From positions 330,001 to 362,000 of the forward strand of contig NZ_CP180230.1 in assembly GCF_047555085.1 (NCBI RefSeq): DNA of 32,000 bases. Reading direction: 5' to 3'. How positions within the stretch are numbered: the first letter of the stretch is position 1; the number at the start of each line of letters is the position of its first letter. The notes under the pieces were generated by a model. That model made no database searches and was not told the DNA's origin. It was given only the letters and a program-made list of their open reading frames with translations. Both the position numbers and the translations under genes were made by a program. This document shows positions 7,594 to 15,079 of this stretch, one piece after another. This DNA comes from Candidatus Saccharimonadota bacterium. Lineage in GTDB: Archaea; Nanohalarchaeota; Nanosalinia; Nanosalinales; Nanosalinaceae.

Positions 7594-8313
7594 ATGGCTA
7601 ATGATGAAGTACAGCTCGGTGATATGGGGGACGATGACTACGAAGTTGTTCCTCTTGGACCTATAAGGAAACTTGAGAGAAGAGTTGAGGATCTTCAGGA
7701 ACAGCAGCAACAGAAAGAGCAGACAGGAGGTTCCGCTAACGAAGAGCTTGTACGTGATATACTGGATATCATGAAGTCGAATCAGAAGATTGTCAACGAT
7801 ATGACAGAGTCGACTCATGAGCTGCGTAACAGTGTAGAGGACTTGACTAATAAGATGGACTCTGTAATTGATAACATGAATTCTTTCATGGATCTTCTTC
7901 AGCAGGCCTCTGAAATGGATATGGAGGGAGAGATTGCTGGGGATCTTGAGCAGCGTGTTGCAGATGCCATTGGAGACAAGATGGATGACATGGTGAGTGA
8001 GGTATCAAAGTCTAATCAGATGATTGCAAATAACTTGGAGGACTTGAATACTCAGATGAGGAAGAATTACTATGCTTCTGAGTCAGGAGGTGGTGTGGCT
8101 AATCAGTCCAGGCCTCAGAACTCCAGGAGAAGACAGCAGTCACAGAATCAGCAGGATCAGGGACAGTCACAGAACTCATCGCAGGGATCCAGAAGACGTG
8201 GTTCAAGCGGTATGGGCCAGCAGTCTGGAGGAAGCAACATGAATATGGGTTCGGATAATTCTAACAGGATGAAAAAGTTGCGAGAGAAATTCGATAAAGG
8301 AAGCGGAGAATGA
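7594..8313 (+). CDS. Hypothetical acidic coiled-coil protein with Q/N/S/R/G-rich low-complexity C-terminus; first gene of the pilus-like cluster
   Basis: No TM segment or signal peptide. The heptad-like helical region runs from LERRVEDLQEQQQQKEQ to NNLEDLNTQMRKN. The tail is NQSRPQNSRRRQQSQNQQDQGQSQNSSQGSRRRGSSGMGQQSGGSNMNMGSDNSN. Its stop overlaps the next ATG (ATGA at 8310..8313). Confidence 0.75.
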   Translation: MANDEVQLGDMGDDDYEVVPLGPIRKLERRVEDLQEQQQQKEQTGGSANEELVRDILDIMKSNQKIVNDMTESTHELRNSVEDLTNKMDSVIDNMNSFMDLLQQASEMDMEGEIAGDLEQRVADAIGDKMDDMVSEVSKSNQMIANNLEDLNTQMRKNYYASESGGGVANQSRPQNSRRRQQSQNQQDQGQSQNSSQGSRRRGSSGMGQQSGGSNMNMGSDNSNRMKKLREKFDKGSGE

Positions 8314-8789
8314 ACAGGAAGGGAGTTACTCCTCTAGTTGGAACTGCATTGCTTATTTTAATCGCTGTGTCTGCCGTTACTTCAGCTGCTGTATTCATAA
8401 GGGATACAACGCAGCAGGTGTCGGACTCGGTTAACGAAAGAATATCTGAAGACGAGATGAGGGAGAACTCCGGTATCGATATCGAATACGCCTATAACAA
8501 CAGTGATGGCAACATATCGCTTGTAGTTAGAAATACAGGCCGCTACACCTTAACAGTTGAGGAGAATAACAACAAATTCTGGAATCTTTACTCTGATGGG
8601 AGGCCTGTAGGATTCACTTATTCTGATGGTTCCGGTGGTCAGAAACTGATTGATCCTGATGCAACTCTGACGCTGCAAACTCAGATAGAGTTCCCGCAAG
8701 GAGATTACACCTCTGTCAATCTTGAAGGCACATACGGCACTTCATCATCGATAATCTGTGATGAATCTGATCCGGACGGAGCCTGTTAG
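8310..8789 (+). CDS. Archaeal type IV pilin-like protein (class III signal peptide, Pilin_N/DUF1628-like N-terminus)
   Basis: MNRKG|VTPLVGTALLILIAVSAVTSAAVFI has a short basic leader, Gly at -1 and then a hydrophobic helix. The protein ends ..ICDESDPDGAC (C-x8-C). Confidence 0.8.
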   Translation: MNRKGVTPLVGTALLILIAVSAVTSAAVFIRDTTQQVSDSVNERISEDEMRENSGIDIEYAYNNSDGNISLVVRNTGRYTLTVEENNNKFWNLYSDGRPVGFTYSDGSGGQKLIDPDATLTLQTQIEFPQGDYTSVNLEGTYGTSSSIICDESDPDGAC

Positions 8790-8873
8790 TGTGTACAAAC
8801 CAACTTTTTCCTATTTGAGGACTCTTGAACTTATTTAAACCAGCGTATCCTATTTTTCTGTACGGGATATTCA

Positions 8874-9407
8874 ATGGAATTATTTGAGCAGAGAAAGGGT
8901 ATTACACCCGTTATTGCGATCGTTCTGCTTCTGATGGTTACAGTTGGAGCTGTGGGTGTTGTATACACACAGTTCAACAGTCTCGTAGGTAATCCAAGTG
9001 ATGAGTTCGAGGATCAGCAGAGAAATCAGGATACAAACATCCGAATTTCTCAGCTACAGACAAACGCTGATCTTCCTGAAAACATCAACAGCTTGGATCA
9101 TACTCCCGCAAATTACGGAAACATCACTATGACACTTCAGAACTCCGGATCAGTTTCGAGGAACACAACTTCGTTTGTGCTCTCGGTATCCGGTGCAGAT
9201 GGAAGCGTCCCAACCAGTGGAGCATACTGCTTCACGGCTGAAGACAGTGTGATTCTTGATCCAGGAGATACCTACGAATGTAACACAGGTATCACTTACC
9301 CACAGGTCACGAACGAAGTAGAGTTCGAGGTCCTTCTAACAGGTTCATCAAAGACCTGGACAGAGACCTGTAGACCTGATGTAACAGGAGCAGAAAGCTG
9401 CGCTTAA
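8874..9407 (+). CDS. Archaeal type IV pilin-like protein (class III signal peptide); candidate major pilin
   Basis: MELFEQRKG|ITPVIAIVLLLMVTVGAVGVVY. It has four Cys, including a terminal C-x9-C (TCRPDVTGAESCA). The gene has its own A/T-rich upstream elements and an oligo-T tract downstream. Confidence 0.8.
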   Translation: MELFEQRKGITPVIAIVLLLMVTVGAVGVVYTQFNSLVGNPSDEFEDQQRNQDTNIRISQLQTNADLPENINSLDHTPANYGNITMTLQNSGSVSRNTTSFVLSVSGADGSVPTSGAYCFTAEDSVILDPGDTYECNTGITYPQVTNEVEFEVLLTGSSKTWTETCRPDVTGAESCA

Positions 9408-9417
9408 AGCAGTTTAT

Positions 9418-9440
9418 CATTTTCTTATTTTTCTTTTCTA
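9418..9440 (+). terminator. Oligo-T termination tract (cattttcttatttttcttttct)
   Basis: Three T4-T5 runs lie within 23 nt, starting 11 nt after the stop at 9407. Confidence 0.4.
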
Positions 9441-9490
9441 TAACTGATTGAAAGTGGAAGAACTTTGCTTTTGAGAGGCCTGTAAGTGAC

Positions 9491-9498
9491 ATTTATAT
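9491..9498 (+). promoter_or_regulatory. Candidate TATA box ATTTATAT for a leaderless transcript starting near the ATG at 9523
   Basis: The centre of the element is about 28 nt upstream of the ATG at 9523, the canonical archaeal TATA-to-TSS spacing. No SD-like element lies between them. Confidence 0.4.
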
Positions 9499-9522
9499 TT
9501 CAGAGTAGGTAATTTGTTGAAT

Positions 9523-10197
9523 ATGCTGTCGAGAAAGGCCCAGATTCAGGCTGTCACAGTTGTTCTACTGACAGGCCTGACTGTAGGTGTTGCCTCCGTA
9601 GTTTATGTATGGGGTGAGCCTATACTTGACAAGAGAGAGTCTCAGGTAGGCCTTGACTCGGTTGAACAGGATGTACTGACTCTTCGGGAAGAGATTTTAC
9701 GTGTCAGTGAGGCAGGTGAAGGAGCGGCTGCTAACGTGGAAATGGACGGCGGTGAAAGCGACTTTGACATTGAGATGATACGTGTGGAGGACAGTATTGA
9801 CTACATAGATATCGTTGTTGATGCTTCGGAGTCCGAGTATCCGGATGGGCGCTGGACTCTGTTGAAAGGAGATAATCAGCGTAACTTATCTATATCGAAT
9901 ACTGGAGACTACGTCCTTGAAGGAGAAGATGAACAGTCGGTACTCCTTGTAAGGCCTCAGTCATCCGTTATAACTTACAGGATAGAGTTCAGGAATATTT
10001 ACTCTGAGAATGCTGAAGGCGCACCGGTGGAGAAGATTGATCTTATTTCACGAGGAGGTGATGTCTCAAGTGGTGGAGCAGAGGTCTACGTAACTAATAC
10101 GGGTACAGAGGTAGATACAGGTGAAGATGGGCTTACATTATCCTCTGGTCAAACCCTTGACAGAAGCCGAACGGAGATAGAAGTTGATCTAAGATGA
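9523..10197 (+). CDS. Pilin-like protein with class III-type N-terminus
   Basis: MLSRKA|QIQAVTVVLLTGLTVGVASVVYVW followed by an acidic extracellular domain. I preferred the ATG at 9523 because the ORF-track start at 9514 is a TTG. Confidence 0.65.
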   Translation: MLSRKAQIQAVTVVLLTGLTVGVASVVYVWGEPILDKRESQVGLDSVEQDVLTLREEILRVSEAGEGAAANVEMDGGESDFDIEMIRVEDSIDYIDIVVDASESEYPDGRWTLLKGDNQRNLSISNTGDYVLEGEDEQSVLLVRPQSSVITYRIEFRNIYSENAEGAPVEKIDLISRGGDVSSGGAEVYVTNTGTEVDTGEDGLTLSSGQTLDRSRTEIEVDLR

Positions 10198-10610
10198 TTA
10201 AAGGGTCTAGAAAAGGACAGTACCTGGCTATTGAGACGGTTCTATCGCTGGGAATCAGTATAGTTGTTGCAACGGCAGTAATAGGTGCTTTCAACAGTTA
10301 CAGGAGCAGTGTTGTTGACGATGTACAGGAAAGGCACATTGACATAATTAATTCGGAGATAATACGAACAGTCTACAATCTGAAGTATATGGACTCGGGA
10401 AGCGGTATCACGCTGGATCTTCCCCAACCACAGACCGGAGAATACACTGTATCGCTTCAGGACTCACAGGTAAGAGTGGATACAGGCAGTGGAGTTGATT
10501 CCCAAGTCATAGATGGAGCTAGATGGGCCTCAGGTTTCAGCGGCTCAACTTCCAGCTCAGAGGTTAAAATCATGAAGCTTGAAAACGAAGTTGTACTGAG
10601 GCCTGGATAG
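10194..10610 (+). CDS. Pilin-like protein (class III signal peptide, RKGQ motif)
   Basis: MIKGSRKG|QYLAIETVLSLGISIVVATAVIGAF. The start overlaps the upstream stop (ATGA). Confidence 0.75.
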   Translation: MIKGSRKGQYLAIETVLSLGISIVVATAVIGAFNSYRSSVVDDVQERHIDIINSEIIRTVYNLKYMDSGSGITLDLPQPQTGEYTVSLQDSQVRVDTGSGVDSQVIDGARWASGFSGSTSSSEVKIMKLENEVVLRPG

Positions 10611-10612
10611 AG

Positions 10613-12310
10613 ATGGGATTCGGTGGACTGGTAGGACGCCTCAGGAAGATAAAGCATCCTGAGTACTACGAAGAAGATGAAGAGGACTCTGAGAAAGCTG
10701 AAGGTGTCAGTCTTCCAGCTCCAGGAGAGTTCAGCGAAGAGATGGTGGAAGAGGCCAAGGACGAGGAGAATCTGACTGATGTTAATATTGCATATCCTCT
10801 GATCCCTCAGGATCCTGATGAAGGGGAAATCGTCTATGCATGGGCACATATCAAATGGGATGAGGAACAGGGAGAGCTTATTTACGAGATAGTGGAGCCT
10901 GAACTTGATGAGGAAACTGCAGAGGCCTATGAGAAGATCGTTGAAATAATGCAGAGAAGTTTTGATGTCAATTTTGAGGATCTTGAATCGGGCAAGGCGA
11001 AGGAGTACCTTGAAGAGAAGATCGACATGATTGTTGACAAGTACAATATCGATGTTCCTGACGATAAAAGAGAGGTAATACGATACTACACGAAAAGGGA
11101 TTTTGCAGGCCTCGGAAAGCTACAGCCACTGATGAACGACACAGAGGTCGAGGATATCTCCTGCGACGGCCTGGATATTCCTGTCTACGCTTATCACAGG
11201 AATCCACGTTTCGGTTCTATCAAGACGAATCTGGTTTGGAGCGAAAAAGAGGAGCTGGACAGCTTCGTCATGAAACTGGCCCAGAGATGTGGAAAATCGA
11301 TTTCTGTTTCCAGTCCATTGCTGGATGGATCCCTGCCAGATGGTTCCCGTGTACAGGCCACTCTGGCAACTGATATCGCAAGGAAGGGATCGAACTTCAC
11401 GATCCGAAGATTTACAGAGGATCCTCTGACACCGATCCACATGATGGATTACGAGACGGAGAACGCCCGTATGATGAGCTATCTTTGGATGCTTGTCGAG
11501 CACGAGAAATCCATACTTGTATCAGGGACTACAGGAGCAGGAAAAACTTCACAGTTGAACGCTCTATCCTTATTTATCAGGCCTGACAAAAAGATCGTTT
11601 CAATCGAGGATACGCCAGAGTTGAGATTGCCTCACGATCACTGGGTGCCGGAAGTTTCACGTTCCGGATTCGGTTCCTCAGCCGAAGAGGGAGGCCAAGT
11701 TACAATGGATAACCTGTTGAAGGAGTCCTTGCGTCAGAGGCCTGAGTACATCATCGTGGGAGAGGTTCGAGGAGCTGAGGCATATATCCTGTTCCAGCAG
11801 ATGGCTACAGGGCACACCGGTCTATCGACGATTCACGCAGATTCGCTTGAGATGCTTATGGATCGTCTGACAACAGAGCCGATTAATCTGTCTCCATCTC
11901 TTATTGAGACTCTGGACTTGATCATGGTCATCGCCAGAATCCGACGTGGAGGAACTTACATCCGAAGGATTATGGGGCTTTTCGAGGTGCGTGGATACGA
12001 CAAGAGGAAAGGTATCGACTCGAATCAGGTGTTTGGATGGGATCCGCAGGATGATAATTACTTCGTTAAGAACAATTCCATGCTTCTGAAAGATATCGCA
12101 GATCAGTCAGGAATGGATTACAAGGATATACAGAAAGAACTGAAAAACCGTCAGCACGTACTGAAATGGATGCAGGAGGAGCAGATCAAGCACTACAGGA
12201 AAGTAGGAGATATTATCAGCCGTTATTACTCGGATCCTCACTCAGTTCTGGAGAAGGTAGGGCAAACATTTAATTCTCAGCAGCCGGAAAACTTGAATAA
12301 TGGAGCTTAA
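10613..12310 (+). CDS. Type II/IV secretion-family ATPase (archaeal FlaI/ArlI/PilB-like, T2SSE domain)
   Basis: Walker A SGTTGAGKTS, Walker B/Asp box EYIIVGEVRGAEA, His box TGHTGLSTIHA. The 565-aa length and acidic N-terminal extension are typical of archaeal pilus/archaellum ATPases. Confidence 0.93.
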   Translation: MGFGGLVGRLRKIKHPEYYEEDEEDSEKAEGVSLPAPGEFSEEMVEEAKDEENLTDVNIAYPLIPQDPDEGEIVYAWAHIKWDEEQGELIYEIVEPELDEETAEAYEKIVEIMQRSFDVNFEDLESGKAKEYLEEKIDMIVDKYNIDVPDDKREVIRYYTKRDFAGLGKLQPLMNDTEVEDISCDGLDIPVYAYHRNPRFGSIKTNLVWSEKEELDSFVMKLAQRCGKSISVSSPLLDGSLPDGSRVQATLATDIARKGSNFTIRRFTEDPLTPIHMMDYETENARMMSYLWMLVEHEKSILVSGTTGAGKTSQLNALSLFIRPDKKIVSIEDTPELRLPHDHWVPEVSRSGFGSSAEEGGQVTMDNLLKESLRQRPEYIIVGEVRGAEAYILFQQMATGHTGLSTIHADSLEMLMDRLTTEPINLSPSLIETLDLIMVIARIRRGGTYIRRIMGLFEVRGYDKRKGIDSNQVFGWDPQDDNYFVKNNSMLLKDIADQSGMDYKDIQKELKNRQHVLKWMQEEQIKHYRKVGDIISRYYSDPHSVLEKVGQTFNSQQPENLNNGA

Positions 12311-13175
12311 ACGCTACGCCGAAATAGCGTATGAACAGTTCGGAGGCCTGGCCCTTGATGTAGTACCCTACTTCCAGGACTTCAACATGACGCTTAACAA
12401 GGCGAATATTAAGCTCTCACTTCCTGAATACATCGCTCTTGCCATAGCATCTGTGTTTCTATCGTTCGGCTTCATGTTCGCAATGTTCGGCACAATATTT
12501 GTCTTGGGATCAGGCCTCTCAGGCCTTGTATCTGCACTGATGCTGTCAATAGTTGTCTCCGGTATCGTGGCAGCTCTGGCATATGTTATACCGCTTCTGA
12601 AGGTTAACAACAGAGCAACTGTAATCCGTGACATGCTTCCTTTCGCAGTAATGTATCTCTCTACACTGGCCGGGACAGGATCATCGATCTCAGAGATGTT
12701 TGAAAATCTTGCAAAAGTAGATGAGTACGGAGAAGTATCTGAAGAGGCCAAAAAAATCCACAGAGATATAGATACTTTTGGAATGGATGTTAACGAGGCC
12801 TTGAGAAGAGGAGCACAGAGAACACCGAGTGAGGACTTCGAGGAACTTCTAAGAGGAATGGAACACATATTAACAACTGGAGGATCCGTAAGAGAGTTCC
12901 TGAGAGAAAGAGCCGCCAAGTTAATGGATGACTACGAGAGAAGAATCGAAAAATTCGCCGATCAGCTAGGCCTCCTCGTTGAAATGTATATTACAATAGT
13001 TGTCGTAGGATCAATAATCTTTACAGCAATGAGCGCCATCATGAGCTCATTCACAGGATTTGCACCTGGCTTTATCGTTGCATTACAGGCCATACTGATT
13101 TTCATAGGCCTTCCGCTGATATCAGGCATGTTTATCCTTTTCATTAAAGGTATAGCACCAGGAGGGATCATGTGA
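12300..13175 (+). CDS. Pilus platform membrane protein, N-terminal half (single T2SSF domain; FlaJ/PilC/TadB-like)
   Basis: TM helices flank a cytoplasmic helical domain (DMLPFAVMYLSTLAGTGSSISEMFENLAK...GGSVREFLRERAAKLMDDYERRIEKFADQLGLLVEMY). The start overlaps the ATPase stop by 11 nt. Confidence 0.85.
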   Translation: MELKRYAEIAYEQFGGLALDVVPYFQDFNMTLNKANIKLSLPEYIALAIASVFLSFGFMFAMFGTIFVLGSGLSGLVSALMLSIVVSGIVAALAYVIPLLKVNNRATVIRDMLPFAVMYLSTLAGTGSSISEMFENLAKVDEYGEVSEEAKKIHRDIDTFGMDVNEALRRGAQRTPSEDFEELLRGMEHILTTGGSVREFLRERAAKLMDDYERRIEKFADQLGLLVEMYITIVVVGSIIFTAMSAIMSSFTGFAPGFIVALQAILIFIGLPLISGMFILFIKGIAPGGIM

Positions 13176-14215
13176 TGGTTGATTTCTTCAAGGAGGACGA
13201 GTACGAGCCAGGATACTCTATCGAAGATAAAGTCGTGCTTGCTTCAGTAGGGGCAGGAGGATTACTCGTTGTTTTAGGTCTTGTAACATTTCTCAGTGTT
13301 TCCCAGCGTTTTGGAGGAATTGTATTGATCATAGGTATACTGACAGGGGTTCTTCCTTATGGTGTTCTATCTTTCCTCAAGAACCGTGCCGTGAAACAGA
13401 TGGAGAAACAGTTCCCTGAATTCCTAAGTGATCTGGCAGAGTCGAAGCGAGGAGGCATGACACTTGTAAGAGCATTTGAATCAGCCACAGACAACGATTA
13501 CGGCCGTATGAACGGAGAGATAGAAAGGATTTACAACGAGTTAAGCTGGGGTATACCGTTTCCGGAAGTCATGGAACGGTTCAACAAGAGGCTGGAGGAT
13601 TCTGCTGTCATCCAGGAGTCCATATCCATCATTATCCAGAGCTTCAAGAGCGGAGGAGACATCACAAAGACAATAGAATCTGTTGCAGACGACGCTGCCC
13701 GACTCAGAAAAGTTATACAGGAGAAAGACGCTCAGCTACAGCAGCAGCTGTTCATCATGTACGTCATCTTCTTCCTCTTCATCGGCATCACTATAGGAAT
13801 ATACACTATGCTTGGCCAATTGTTGGGCCTTGGAACAGCGGAAAGCGGAGCAATAGAAGGAATCAGCGGAGTTATAGGACAGGAATCGGGAGGCCCCACA
13901 AACTTCTGTAACGGCGAAGTACTTGCAGCAGAACCGTTCTGCGCGACGTCAAAAATCTTTGGATTCGTGCCTGCCAACATATCAAGCGGGGAAGTATCTC
14001 TGAGCAGCACATATGCGACCACGTATGCATACGGAAGAATGGCGTACTACAAGGCCTTACTGTTCATAATGCTTATGATACAGGGAATATCAACTGCAGC
14101 AGTTGCAGGACAGATAAAAGAAGGATCTCCAAGCGCAGGCCTCAAGCACGCAATTATAATGCTTCCTATAGCTTTCGTGGCCTATGTATCGTACGTTGGA
14201 GGTGCAGGGATATAG
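13175..14215 (+). CDS. Pilus platform membrane protein, C-terminal half (single T2SSF domain; FlaJ/PilC/TadC-like)
   Basis: QMEKQFPEFLSDLAESKRGGMTLVRAFE...SGGDITKTIESVADDAARLRKVIQEKDAQLQQQLFIMY followed by TM helices. An extracytoplasmic loop carries two Cys (NFCNGEVLAAEPFCATS). The ATG at 13175 shares one nt with the upstream TGA; the ORF-track GTG at 13172 is also possible. Confidence 0.85.
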   Translation: MVDFFKEDEYEPGYSIEDKVVLASVGAGGLLVVLGLVTFLSVSQRFGGIVLIIGILTGVLPYGVLSFLKNRAVKQMEKQFPEFLSDLAESKRGGMTLVRAFESATDNDYGRMNGEIERIYNELSWGIPFPEVMERFNKRLEDSAVIQESISIIIQSFKSGGDITKTIESVADDAARLRKVIQEKDAQLQQQLFIMYVIFFLFIGITIGIYTMLGQLLGLGTAESGAIEGISGVIGQESGGPTNFCNGEVLAAEPFCATSKIFGFVPANISSGEVSLSSTYATTYAYGRMAYYKALLFIMLMIQGISTAAVAGQIKEGSPSAGLKHAIIMLPIAFVAYVSYVGGAGI

Positions 14216-15079
14216 ATGTGGCAGAGGAAAGGCCAGATATCCTTTGAGTTCGTTACTTCAATGCTTTTCGTGATCTTCATACTTGCTTTCATAATATTTA
14301 CAGCGTCTGATCAAGTTCCTGAGATTGAACAGAACAATGAAAGAGCTTCTGTCAATCTAGAGGCCTCGCGTTTGACTTCAATGCTTCTCACTTCTCCAGG
14401 GTATCATTCTCACGGTTCTGGAGGAACAGAATGGGAGAGAGACGCTGACACACTTGAAGATATAGAAGATGTAGGCCTAGCATCGGACTATCACGTTGTG
14501 GAGAGGGACAAAGTGATGAATCTAGGTACTGTCGGCGGAGATGTGCTTAACTACTCCCGTTTCAGAGAGATAACACAGATCTCTAATCAGTACAGGTTTG
14601 TTTTCTCCGCGATGCCTATAGTAGATACTTCAAGCAAGTTTTACAGGACTGAGCCGCCTGAAGATCCGAACATAGTTGAGCCAGAGAACGAAAGATACAT
14701 CAACTCAGGAAACAACGTAGGATACGGCAGTATAGTTATGGGAGGTACAAAATACAACGTCCTGGTAACTTCACATAATGGGAGATATGACACTGCCTAT
14801 ATGGTCAATGATTCAGCACGTGAATGGAATTTTATAGGAGCTGAGAGGTACGGAGAAGGAGATACAATAGAACTAGGTGGAAGAGAGTTTGTTGTCGAAG
14901 GATTCCAGAACAGCGGCGATCAAATAGGGAATATAGTTATCCTGTCGAGAGAGATCAAAACTTTTGGATCCCAGTTCGATGTCGATTCAACTATAACAAA
15001 GATAAGCCGATACGCTGCCTTCAAGCAGCCTGGAGCAGATCTCCAGCCTATGAAGATAGAGGTGTACTCCTGGACATGA
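14216..15079 (+). CDS. Pilin-like protein (class III signal peptide, RKGQ motif, Glu at +5)
   Basis: MWQRKG|QISFEFVTSMLFVIFILAFIIF. The gene starts on the nucleotide after the upstream stop. Confidence 0.75.
   Translation: MWQRKGQISFEFVTSMLFVIFILAFIIFTASDQVPEIEQNNERASVNLEASRLTSMLLTSPGYHSHGSGGTEWERDADTLEDIEDVGLASDYHVVERDKVMNLGTVGGDVLNYSRFREITQISNQYRFVFSAMPIVDTSSKFYRTEPPEDPNIVEPENERYINSGNNVGYGSIVMGGTKYNVLVTSHNGRYDTAYMVNDSAREWNFIGAERYGEGDTIELGGREFVVEGFQNSGDQIGNIVILSREIKTFGSQFDVDSTITKISRYAAFKQPGADLQPMKIEVYSWT

Noticed and set aside
12368-12919. 183-aa antisense ORF within the first platform gene; similar long antisense ORFs occur in the Lhr gene (22749..23198, 23195..23551, 24006..24563) and in the ATPase gene (11120..11503)
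   Set aside because: The opposite strand carries strongly supported homologous genes. The antisense translations are Ser/Arg/Leu-rich with no motifs.
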